Source: Candidatus Latescibacterota bacterium
GTDB taxonomy: Bacteria > Latescibacterota > UBA2968 > UBA8231
Reading direction: 5' to 3'
Length of the DNA: 64,000 nt
NCBI GenBank assembly: GCA_965217585.1
Contig: OZ244561.1
Coordinates: 672,001-736,000 of the forward strand
The notes beneath the pieces were generated by a model. The model was not told the DNA's origin. It ran no database searches and worked only from the letters and a program-made list of their open reading frames with translations. The translations under genes were made by a program, and so were the position numbers. Below, piece after piece: positions 37,689 through 46,864 of this stretch (the first letter of the stretch is position 1; every line of letters starts with the position of its first letter).

Positions 37689-39650
37689 ATGCTTTTACCC
37701 CAATCGACAGGTTATTTTGTCCTTGCGTTGTTGGGCTTATCCCTGTTTTCGACGGAGGCTTCCGGCGTGATTATCTACCGAGTTGGAAGCCCATTTACCG
37801 CAGCGGAAAAAGACAGTCTCCAGGACCTGGGAATCGACTTTAGAGAACTCGACTGGTCGTTTTCCGAGCTGGAGGAAAGCCTCGAATTGGACTCTTTAAG
37901 CATCGGTTCCCTTCAACCCAATTTCTTCGATGAGGACGAGGACATCGCCCAGACCGCCTTGAGCAGAGGTGGAGAGGTGCACATAACCGTATTCGCGCAT
38001 GAAAACAGCTTGGTCGGGCAGGTGCTCTTGGATGGGGATCCGAGCACGGCTTATGTGTGGGAAGAGGCCGTTGGAGTCAGTTCGCGCCAAGCTAGGGTAA
38101 CCCTCAATCTGGGCGGAAAATTCCTCGTCAAGAAGGTGGGTTTCCGCCCCTTGGCGGAAAATCCGGGACGCTTTTTAGAGAGTTTCAGTGTTGGTGTCAC
38201 CAATGTGCCATTCGAAACTTTCCGCATTCCGACTCTCCCCGCAGTTAATGTTCAAAAACCGGGCGGCACCGCCCCAGGGCCGAGAATAAACGGGAACACA
38301 GATCCTGAGGTCCTCGTCCTCCTCAATCCGCCGGATGGGGTGGAGATCCGTTTTCTCCAGCTAGATATTGACCGCGTAACCCCCAAGGCGATAGAGCTAG
38401 CCGCATTCGAGGTCTTTGGCGGCGGTTTCGTCAACCAAGCCTCCTATCTATCCGACATCATCGAGCTGGACGACCTCGCCAGTTGGGGCCCCATCTCCTG
38501 GTCGGGACGGCAGGATCCCAACGCCCGGATCGATATCCGCACCCGAACGGGTGCCGACCTGCAGCCGGATATCTTCTGGGAAGCCCGCCCCGAACACCAA
38601 GACAGCGTAAAGTACCTCCAAGGTGGAGGCACCCTCACAGCGAAGGACTACAAAACCCGCTACAACCGGCTCCCCGATGTGTTCAAGCCGGTAGAGCAAC
38701 GCAACCGGGTCAGTCCCGATACGGAAAACTGGAGCTTCTGGTCGAGCCCCTACGATTTTGGCAAACCCGGTGCCGATGTGGTCTCTCCCAGTTCGCGCCA
38801 ATTCATTCAACTCAGCGCCGATTTTACCTCCACTACCGAGGATGGGGGCAAAATCGACTATATCGAATTCAAAGCCTCCGTGCCACCGGCCGTGCGCGGG
38901 ATCGTGGGTGAGATCTTCCCGCCCGAGACCCAGATCGGCGAGGTGACCCAGTTCACCTATTTCATCAAGCCGACCATTCGGGCGGGCGATCAGGGCTTTG
39001 ACAGCGTGGAGATTGCCACCCCGTCGGGGTTTACCTCGGTGGATTCGCTGCGCATAGAGGGGGTTGATCAGGCCGATTTCACCTGGACGCCCCAGCCGGA
39101 CGGACTGGGCTTTGAAGTGCAGTTGCCGCGCAAGCTAGGGCCGACTGACAGCGGGGCGGTCTTGGAAGTGGTATTCAAGGCCTCGGTGTTGAGAGCAGTG
39201 GGCACCTTCTTTGACGGCCGGGTGTTCGACAGCACGAAACCGCACGAAGTGCGACAGCAGATAGAGCCGGGCAATGCCGCTGATGAGACCGAGAGCGAGC
39301 TGCTTTCGGTGAGAACGTCCGTGGGTCGATCCTTGTTGTTCGCGCCCCGGGTTTTTCCCCGCACCTTTACCCCCAACGGCGATGCCATCAACGAGGTATT
39401 GAATATCTCCTACACTCTCTTGCGGGTCACGGCACCCGTGCCGGTCTCGGTAGCGATCTACGATCTTTCCGGTGCTCTGATAAAGCAGGTGTATGCCGGC
39501 GACGATCCTATCGGCGAGTACACCCGCTCTTGGGATGGCACCGATGGTTCCAACCGTCGGGTGGTGCCGGGGATCTATCTATACCGCCTAGCGGTAGATC
39601 TGCACACAGAGACGGAAGTCAGCAGCGGTATTATCTCTGTGGTCTATTAG
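37689..39650 (+). CDS. Secreted modular FlgD/T9SS-B-like CTD protein (paralog A')
   Basis: Same architecture as 34456..36426; near-identical C-terminal two thirds. Confidence 0.85.
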   Translation: MLLPQSTGYFVLALLGLSLFSTEASGVIIYRVGSPFTAAEKDSLQDLGIDFRELDWSFSELEESLELDSLSIGSLQPNFFDEDEDIAQTALSRGGEVHITVFAHENSLVGQVLLDGDPSTAYVWEEAVGVSSRQARVTLNLGGKFLVKKVGFRPLAENPGRFLESFSVGVTNVPFETFRIPTLPAVNVQKPGGTAPGPRINGNTDPEVLVLLNPPDGVEIRFLQLDIDRVTPKAIELAAFEVFGGGFVNQASYLSDIIELDDLASWGPISWSGRQDPNARIDIRTRTGADLQPDIFWEARPEHQDSVKYLQGGGTLTAKDYKTRYNRLPDVFKPVEQRNRVSPDTENWSFWSSPYDFGKPGADVVSPSSRQFIQLSADFTSTTEDGGKIDYIEFKASVPPAVRGIVGEIFPPETQIGEVTQFTYFIKPTIRAGDQGFDSVEIATPSGFTSVDSLRIEGVDQADFTWTPQPDGLGFEVQLPRKLGPTDSGAVLEVVFKASVLRAVGTFFDGRVFDSTKPHEVRQQIEPGNAADETESELLSVRTSVGRSLLFAPRVFPRTFTPNGDAINEVLNISYTLLRVTAPVPVSVAIYDLSGALIKQVYAGDDPIGEYTRSWDGTDGSNRRVVPGIYLYRLAVDLHTETEVSSGIISVVY

Positions 39651-39678
39651 TCTTAGTTAATGAAGCGGGTAGCGATCT

Positions 39679-42318
39679 ATGACCTCATTAAAACGAAATG
39701 GCAAACCAAAGAGAACGATCCTAGCTTGTCTTTTATTTCCCATGATCTGGGGAGGATTATTTGTCGACTCGGTTGCTTGGGGACAGCGGGTGGACCAAGG
39801 GGGGTACGCCATAGAGGACGGGAGCAAGGTGGTCATCGATTCAAAAGACCAATGGGATCTCTGGCAGTCTGTTCACAAGACGATCCAGATCAGCGAAGAG
39901 GGGGAAGTGCGGCCTGCCTTCATCCGCAAGGGGATAAACGCTATCGCAAATGCCGCTGAGTTTGGAGGCGGTATCCGAGCCGCGGGTTCTAATCTTGCGG
40001 CCGCGGATGCCCTTTTGGACGGCGATATGAACACCTTCTGGGAACCGGATCTTTCAGATCTTCCAGAGAACTGGTGGGTACAAATTGATCTGGGACGGGG
40101 GGTATCTGCTAACAAGATTGTCCTCAAGTTTGTCGGGGAGGAGTTGGGGGATCCATTCCTCCACTTCGCGGTCACCACGTCTCAGGGGAAAGAATCCCTT
40201 GGCGCGCTCCAGTTTAGGAGGGTTTTCAGAACCGATCGACCGGGCCTTAATCAAAGAGTCTTCGAAGTCGATTTAACCAGCCTGCCGCCGACGAAATATC
40301 CAAATGTTGTCGGAGACTATACCGGGGACATGATCAGATATGTAGGAGTGGGCGTTACAGATAGCAATTACGGCAAGGCCCAAAAGGTCTCGGAGGCCGA
40401 GTATCTGAATCTTGTGCCCGAAGAGCAGGGAGATATAGAGTACTTCCGCCGAGAAGTATCGGGAAGGCTAAGGGTGCTGGAAGGGAAGGAGGATTGGGAT
40501 GCCCTCGAGGAGAGCCAAAAAGGGCCTTTAGTCTATTACCGCCGAGAGCGTCCAAGGCTTGCAGAGGTAGAAGTTTGGTCAATCGGCGACAATATCGGCG
40601 TGACCGTACTCGATCGTGGGGGCAAAGTGACGAGCTCCGAAAGCAATGGAGTTGAATTTGTCTTGGTGGATGGGGATATCTACAGTACTGAAGCCGCGCC
40701 GTTCTGGCCCATCAGAGGAGGGTATAATCCCGATAGGTTGCTACCGACAGAGTCACCAAAACAAGAGCGCGATGCAGTTGTAGATCTTGGAGGCACCTTT
40801 TTCGTGGACAACATCCGCTTGTTTTTTCCGGTTCACCCTGGCCCCCCAAGAGCCTACAGGATTCGGCTGTCAGACGGTTCTAGGCATGCCGACGGGACCT
40901 TGGTCTGGAAAGAAGTTGGAGCGGAGCCTAATGTCGTGGGTGGACAACTGTATCACGACCACAAATTCCCTCTCACTATAGCCAAATTTTTTGCCTATAC
41001 CTACAGGCTCTTTGTGGGGCAGGGCCGCAAAGGGTTTGCCGAGGTACAGCTTTTTGGAGAAGGCTTCATGCCGGAGTCCACGATCATATCCAACTTTGGC
41101 GGCACCGCCCCTTTTATAGAGCTGGGGAGGACTTCGCAGAATCTGGCTACAATAGAATGGGATGCGGATACACCGCCAGGTACGGATGTTATTCTTCAGA
41201 CCAAGACGGGTGATACGGTCGAAAATATAACCCACTACTACAAGAAGAACGGGGACGAATATCCCGGCACAGAAGAGGAAGCCAAGGAAGAGTACGAAAC
41301 TCAAAAGAAATTCTTCGGGGACGCATCGGTAGGGGCCATTGTCACTGAAACTATCCCGGGAAGCGATTGGAGCGGTTGGAGTGAGCGCTATTTTAAGCCG
41401 GGCGATGCGATAAAATCGCCCAGTCCCAGAAGATTCGTGTCGGTCAAAGCGACGTTTCTGACGGACAATCCTATGGTATCGGCGACCTTGCGTTCGGTGA
41501 CGCTCAATTTCGTAAACCCCGTGGCCCGCAGCGTAGTTGGCGAGATTCTGCCTCACCGTTTGAAAGAGATAGGCTCCAGTCAGGAACTGACCTATTTCAT
41601 CCGTCCGACCTTTGAGACCGTCAGTAAGGGCTTCGATGATATCCTCATAGAGGCCCCTGCCGGCGTCAAAATGAAATTCAAGCAACTCAATGTGGACCTA
41701 GCGGGGAGCTCGACTGAAAGTTATACAGCCCAGAGCGAAGGCTTTCAGATCATTTCCGAAGAGTCCGATTCGCTCTGGGTGCGTCTGCCCACTGTTATTA
41801 AAACCACTAGTGGGACGACACAAGTCGGGGTCCAATTTGATGCGACCATATTCGGCTTTACTACCTTCTTCAATGGTTCCATAGCCCATTCTTCCTTTGA
41901 AGATTCCTGGCAAAGAGTAGATGATGGCAATGCAAATGGGATTCTGGGAGACAGCGAAAAGACCGTTGTTCTAGCCCTTGAAGGCAAAGAGGTACTGGGG
42001 GCTATCGCGCTCGACCGCGAGGTTTTCACGCCCAATGCCGATGGCATCAACGATGAGCTGTCGGTGCGCTTTCCGCTCACGCGCGTGTCCAAAGCAACCC
42101 CGGTCCAGGTGCAAATATACGATCTCAGTGGCCGCCTCGTGCACGAATTGATCAATGAGCCACTCTCTGCTGGACTCCATACGGTGCCTTGGACAGGCCT
42201 CGATACCTTTGGAGAGCTAGTGCCCCCTGGCGTATATCTTCTGAGAATCGCTATTGATACCGATTCGGATTCGGTGAAAAATACTTCGGTTAATCACTTG
42301 GTACATGTCGTCTATTGA
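39679..42318 (+). CDS. Secreted modular protein, two F5/8-C-like domains + FlgD/T9SS-B-like CTD
   Basis: LLDGDMNTFW...WVQIDLG; second LVDGD...VDLGG; WSGWS...SPSPRRF; GEILP; FTPNADGINDEL...IYDLSG...PGVY...VVY*. Confidence 0.85.
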   Translation: MTSLKRNGKPKRTILACLLFPMIWGGLFVDSVAWGQRVDQGGYAIEDGSKVVIDSKDQWDLWQSVHKTIQISEEGEVRPAFIRKGINAIANAAEFGGGIRAAGSNLAAADALLDGDMNTFWEPDLSDLPENWWVQIDLGRGVSANKIVLKFVGEELGDPFLHFAVTTSQGKESLGALQFRRVFRTDRPGLNQRVFEVDLTSLPPTKYPNVVGDYTGDMIRYVGVGVTDSNYGKAQKVSEAEYLNLVPEEQGDIEYFRREVSGRLRVLEGKEDWDALEESQKGPLVYYRRERPRLAEVEVWSIGDNIGVTVLDRGGKVTSSESNGVEFVLVDGDIYSTEAAPFWPIRGGYNPDRLLPTESPKQERDAVVDLGGTFFVDNIRLFFPVHPGPPRAYRIRLSDGSRHADGTLVWKEVGAEPNVVGGQLYHDHKFPLTIAKFFAYTYRLFVGQGRKGFAEVQLFGEGFMPESTIISNFGGTAPFIELGRTSQNLATIEWDADTPPGTDVILQTKTGDTVENITHYYKKNGDEYPGTEEEAKEEYETQKKFFGDASVGAIVTETIPGSDWSGWSERYFKPGDAIKSPSPRRFVSVKATFLTDNPMVSATLRSVTLNFVNPVARSVVGEILPHRLKEIGSSQELTYFIRPTFETVSKGFDDILIEAPAGVKMKFKQLNVDLAGSSTESYTAQSEGFQIISEESDSLWVRLPTVIKTTSGTTQVGVQFDATIFGFTTFFNGSIAHSSFEDSWQRVDDGNANGILGDSEKTVVLALEGKEVLGAIALDREVFTPNADGINDELSVRFPLTRVSKATPVQVQIYDLSGRLVHELINEPLSAGLHTVPWTGLDTFGELVPPGVYLLRIAIDTDSDSVKNTSVNHLVHVVY

Positions 42319-42345
42319 AGTCAATCCGGGGAAGGGATAGATAGG

Positions 42346-44058
42346 TTGAGGTTGAGTAGACCACATTTTTTCAGACCATCGTGGGTGTGGCTCCTTTTCT
42401 TTGCATCAACAGGACAGGCTCACGGAGAGGTCGTCATCGTAGGGGGTGGTCCGGGTACATCTGCGTGGGACGGACAATATTCTGAGATATCCGTCATCGA
42501 TTTTGAAACTAATCCCGGTCAGATCCAGCCCATTCAAAATGAACCCGAGGATAATATTGCCTTAAAAATACTCGAAAGAGGAGGTAAGGTAACATCGCCC
42601 AATGCGAGAATAGTGCTCGAATTATCCGACGCTGAGTCAATTAAACTCTTAAATCATATGGTCAGCGGTGATAGGACCAAGGCCTTTGAAGTTAAGGGGA
42701 TCGTTGCTATAGGAGTCATAATTGATATAGACCTAGGCCAGCGTTTTGCGGTCAACAGACTCAGGTTTTTTCCGAGGGAAGGTTTCGAAGGCTTTTTTCT
42801 GAAGGGCTACGAAATATCTTTAAACGATGGTAGTGAGGAGCAGAGGACCTTGGCGGGAAGGCCCGATTTCAGGCTCTTTAAAACAGTAGAGCGCAACACC
42901 AAATCAATAGTCGAAGAGAATATACCACTGCAATTTGTCCGTTTTATAAAGTTAAAACAGCTTGTTAGAGGAGAGTGGGAGATCGACGAGATGCAAATCT
43001 TCGGCGAAGGATTTGCCTCTGAAGCTTCGTACACATCAAAGGTATTCGATCAACAACAGCCTGCCGTCTTTGGGGGGATAATATGGTCCGGGGGGCATAT
43101 AGGCGAACCGACCAAAGCAGGTGTCACCCTATCTACAAGGAGCGGCACCAGTCCAGATCCCAGTGACTCTTTAGCCTGGAGCACCTGGTCGCCTCCCTAC
43201 CCTCCGGGAGTTCTCACTGATATCTCATCACCGGCACCCCGTCAATTTTTTCAGTTTCGCTTCCTCTTTACAAGCGACGATTTTTTTTCTGCGGCCACGG
43301 TTGACTCGCTCGCATTTGAGGTTTCTCCTGCACTGACTGATTCGGTGAAGGGCGAGATCCAGCCGCAAAATGCCTTTATCGGGCAAGCTACTACATTCAC
43401 CTATACCCTGAGGTCGTTTAATAGCAGAGGCTTCGACCGCCTCCAGATAAAGACCCTAGCACCGGTAGATGTGGTACGATCAGTGGCAATAGATGGAACC
43501 GATATCCCCATCGACTTTGTCAATGTCGAAGACGGGGTCCAGATCAGCTTCCCCAAGATTATGGGAAACAGCACCCTTAAAGTGGTCTTCGACAGCATAG
43601 CCCTGCAGTACAACACCGTCTTCAGCGGCAAGGTCTCCGATAGCTCCAGATCCGACAATCTGCCCCAATTGGTTGTAGCGGGGGACACAGATACCCTGAC
43701 CGCAGGAGGAGACCTTTCCGTCACGATCCTCGTGGGCAAAAACCTGCTCCACGCGCTGGACGTGGCTCCTGCCATTACACCGAATGGAGACGGAGTAAAT
43801 GATGAACTCCTCATAACCTATGATATCGTCAACCTGACGCATGCAGCTCCGGTTTCGGTAAGGGCATATGATCTTGCTGGCAGACTTGTAAAGGAGATTT
43901 ATTATGGTTTGGATTCCAGTGGGAGATACCAGAAGGCCTGGGATGGAACCGACAATGGTAGACAAAAGATGGGACCTGGAATCTATCTGGTGCACCTAGA
44001 GATAGAGGCAGATTCGGGGACAGAAGGCAAAACGGCAATCGTATCTTTAGCCTATTGA
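42346..44058 (+). CDS. Secreted modular protein with FlgD/T9SS-B-like CTD
   Basis: Signal peptide (AHG); IDLGQRF; WSTWS..Y...SPAPRQFFQ; GEIQP; ITPNGDGVNDEL...YDLAG...WDGTD...PGIY...LAY*. Confidence 0.85.
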   Translation: MRLSRPHFFRPSWVWLLFFASTGQAHGEVVIVGGGPGTSAWDGQYSEISVIDFETNPGQIQPIQNEPEDNIALKILERGGKVTSPNARIVLELSDAESIKLLNHMVSGDRTKAFEVKGIVAIGVIIDIDLGQRFAVNRLRFFPREGFEGFFLKGYEISLNDGSEEQRTLAGRPDFRLFKTVERNTKSIVEENIPLQFVRFIKLKQLVRGEWEIDEMQIFGEGFASEASYTSKVFDQQQPAVFGGIIWSGGHIGEPTKAGVTLSTRSGTSPDPSDSLAWSTWSPPYPPGVLTDISSPAPRQFFQFRFLFTSDDFFSAATVDSLAFEVSPALTDSVKGEIQPQNAFIGQATTFTYTLRSFNSRGFDRLQIKTLAPVDVVRSVAIDGTDIPIDFVNVEDGVQISFPKIMGNSTLKVVFDSIALQYNTVFSGKVSDSSRSDNLPQLVVAGDTDTLTAGGDLSVTILVGKNLLHALDVAPAITPNGDGVNDELLITYDIVNLTHAAPVSVRAYDLAGRLVKEIYYGLDSSGRYQKAWDGTDNGRQKMGPGIYLVHLEIEADSGTEGKTAIVSLAY

Positions 44059-44097
44059 TCCATTGCGATTTCAACTAAAAAATAAGGTGGGATTCTC

Positions 44098-46812
44098 ATG
44101 GTGGGTCATACTCTCAGATCTAAAGTGCTTAATATAGTTTCAACAGCCATGGTTTGCTCTGTAGGTTCACTGGTGCTGATTTTCAACACTCACTCTGTGG
44201 CTCAAGATACTGCTTCGACGCGAATAAAAGGGATACGTCGAGGTGGTGAGCTTACCTTTGAACCAACCGGACCTGGTGTCATGTTTGGTGCCTTGGACCC
44301 GGCGGTCAAAAAATGGTACGTGCCGCAGGAACTCTACTCGGAGTATCAGTGGAAGCAGTGGGAGTACACCAACTACGCCCGGAATCGCTACCGGCGCTAT
44401 GTGAATACTGCCAACGAAGGAGATTATTTCTACGATCTCTACGGTTCCTATATCACCCGGGGTTGGTTGATCTACGACTGGACCCAGACCCAACCCCAGC
44501 AGGGGGGCAGCAACCTGTTCAAAGACTCGAAGTTCGCGAGCTTTTTCAGCAACCTAATCATAGCCTCCGATCAAAAGGGACAGCACTTTCTGGCAGTAAC
44601 CATAGGCAATCAGATCAGGTCAACCCTGACGCCGATGACCTTCTCTAAACCGGCGTTTGACGGGATTCAGGTGGATTATCAGTCCGACAAATACGAGGTG
44701 ACCACCATCCTTTCACGGATCAGTTCCCCCGGAGGTGCTGGTGTACGCAACCCCGCCATTAATGAGAGGACCACCCTGACGACCTTGATGGGGGGGAGAA
44801 CGACAGCGCAGGTGGGAGATCTTGTCAAAGTCGGAGCCAACTATGTAAGCGCCCACAACTCCTTTCAACTCCTCGATGCCTTTGAGGGGAGTCCGCGAAG
44901 CGGTTCGATTACCTCGAGTCAAAATGTCGAGAACATAACACAACTTTTCGTCCGTCTTTCGGACGATTCACCCGAGGACAACGAAGGTGGCACCACCCTC
45001 TTTGCATGGGATCTGATCATAGAAGCCGATGTTGTAGAAATCGACCCTGTTACGGGAGAGCCGACCACCCGGAGAGAAAAGGTACGGGCAAGCGAAGTAG
45101 GACTTACACCTTCTCCCCAGGGTGGCTTTCAACGCCGGGGATTCTGGGAAGCCAGCGGTTCCGAGCAGATAGACCTAGAATTCGATCTTACGGACTCGAG
45201 ATACACAGGCCCTGATCCAACAGAAATAAGACAGGTAACGTTCGAGTTGGTGGTGGCAAACGACTACAGGATTGAGGTGTCTTCAAACCGTCAGACAAAC
45301 AGGCAAGGCAGCAAGGTCTTCCTGCTGGCAGCCCGAGCCTTAGACAACGTCAAGGATGGCTCGAATTTAAGGGTCCTCGAAATCCCTTACGGCCTACCGA
45401 CAGCCACCGAAATATACGGGGGAACTCTTGAGGTAGAAAATTTTCTGGGATTTGATTTTTACGGAGAATTCGACCGGAGCACCAGTTACAGAAAGTATCC
45501 CAACACGGCGCAAACAAAACACTTATCAGGCTCTGATGAAGGCGATGGCTGGATAATGACCTTATCGAAGAGGACCGATCCATGGTTCTTCTTCAGCGAA
45601 GCCTACAGAATGGACCACGATTACAATACAAGCGCAATTCTGGCCAAGGGAGAGGTTCTTATAGACTACGAAGACAGGACTCAATTTTACTACGAATTTG
45701 TTGACGACAACGACGATCAGGATAGAAGACCCGATTGGTCGAGGGTATTCGAAGACACGGATGTGGAGGTGTTCCCCGGCCTAGACGAGAACTATGATTT
45801 TATATCTGATTTTAATCAAAATGACAGCAGAGACCGACCCAATCTAGTGCCCGACTACGAAGAGCCATTTTTAAGGTATAACACAGACCGACCCGAGTAT
45901 CTGTTCGGTGTCGACATGAACAACAATGTGTGGGTAGATCGATTCGAAAACGACGATGAACCAGACCTTCCCTATAATAGAGATCACAGAGGGTACAATG
46001 TTTATTTAGGTGCCGATATCGTTCCGGGGATAAGGGCCACATTCGGCCACAACAATGAGAAACTCCTTGCAGGTGCCAGGAACAACACCACCAGCTATTT
46101 TCTGTTGACTCTGAACAAGGACTACCCAGGTCTGGGCAAGCTGAAGATCTTCGAGAATCTGAAGCTAGCAAAGGACGATATAGAAAACGATCTACGCCAG
46201 TGGGACGAAGTGGAAAGAAGGAACGTTCCGACCATCGATCCACTGGCCGCCCAAGATACATGGATAAGTTCGGCTTATGCAAGTTTTGACTATACAAAGG
46301 TCAGGGACCTGAACATTATTAGCAAAATAAAATACGATCGGTGGCATCAACGGAAAAATCAGCCGGATTTGAGGGAGAATTTTACTTTTTTCGGCTTGAT
46401 CAATAAGGTAGACTACAGATTTAAGATTGGGACTTTTGATATCCGGCCGAAGATTAAAAACGAACTGAGGATAGAAACACCAGTACTTAAGACATCTCCC
46501 AAACGCCAAGAAGATACCATACTTATGATTCTGCTGGCACGATGGCCCTTGCTCAACCTTTCCTCGATTGAAGCGGGAGTGGAGTATACTATCTTCCAGC
46601 AGCTCAGAGATTCGGATAAAGCCGTTCGGGAAGGGCTCGACGACGACTTTACTGAAATCGTGGGAGCAGCGCAATTCTCCAACACTTCAAACTACCTGGG
46701 ATACAGCCTGACAACCCAGATGGGCTTCAGACTGAGTAGAAGGAACCTTGATGGAGAAGATGCCGAAATGGGCCGAGTAGCCTTTGCCACGGTTTATGCC
46801 GGTTTCGAATAA
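44098..46812 (+). CDS. Hypothetical exported protein, probable outer-membrane beta-barrel with acidic Ca-binding-like loops
   Basis: Signal peptide (SVA-Q); amphipathic beta-strand pattern; C-terminus AFATVYAGFE; DDNDDQD, DENYDFISD, DMNNNVWVD motifs. Confidence 0.7.
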   Translation: MVGHTLRSKVLNIVSTAMVCSVGSLVLIFNTHSVAQDTASTRIKGIRRGGELTFEPTGPGVMFGALDPAVKKWYVPQELYSEYQWKQWEYTNYARNRYRRYVNTANEGDYFYDLYGSYITRGWLIYDWTQTQPQQGGSNLFKDSKFASFFSNLIIASDQKGQHFLAVTIGNQIRSTLTPMTFSKPAFDGIQVDYQSDKYEVTTILSRISSPGGAGVRNPAINERTTLTTLMGGRTTAQVGDLVKVGANYVSAHNSFQLLDAFEGSPRSGSITSSQNVENITQLFVRLSDDSPEDNEGGTTLFAWDLIIEADVVEIDPVTGEPTTRREKVRASEVGLTPSPQGGFQRRGFWEASGSEQIDLEFDLTDSRYTGPDPTEIRQVTFELVVANDYRIEVSSNRQTNRQGSKVFLLAARALDNVKDGSNLRVLEIPYGLPTATEIYGGTLEVENFLGFDFYGEFDRSTSYRKYPNTAQTKHLSGSDEGDGWIMTLSKRTDPWFFFSEAYRMDHDYNTSAILAKGEVLIDYEDRTQFYYEFVDDNDDQDRRPDWSRVFEDTDVEVFPGLDENYDFISDFNQNDSRDRPNLVPDYEEPFLRYNTDRPEYLFGVDMNNNVWVDRFENDDEPDLPYNRDHRGYNVYLGADIVPGIRATFGHNNEKLLAGARNNTTSYFLLTLNKDYPGLGKLKIFENLKLAKDDIENDLRQWDEVERRNVPTIDPLAAQDTWISSAYASFDYTKVRDLNIISKIKYDRWHQRKNQPDLRENFTFFGLINKVDYRFKIGTFDIRPKIKNELRIETPVLKTSPKRQEDTILMILLARWPLLNLSSIEAGVEYTIFQQLRDSDKAVREGLDDDFTEIVGAAQFSNTSNYLGYSLTTQMGFRLSRRNLDGEDAEMGRVAFATVYAGFE

Positions 46813-46864
46813 TCTAAAGATGACCTATTTCTTGCCCGCTTTTGGGTGCAGAGCGAGTTTGCGT

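Larger units (their letters stand above)
34380..39650 (+). repeat. Tandem duplication: about 34380..36426 versus about 37605..39650
   Basis: 35141..35918 matches 38365..39142 (offset 3224) except two synonymous changes seen; the alternative-frame ORFs in the supplied track are identical or nearly so. Confidence 0.95.

Noticed and set aside
34456-39650. Diversity-generating retroelement (TR/VR pair) explaining the paralog differences
   Set aside because: Differences are not adenine-specific, include an indel, lie in the N-terminal part, and both copies are full genes. No reverse transcriptase is in the window.
34456-39650. Whole duplication as a pure assembly artefact
   Set aside because: The copies differ at many positions in coherent, frame-preserving ways and have different upstream contexts. 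Only the identical core could be affected by consensus collapse.
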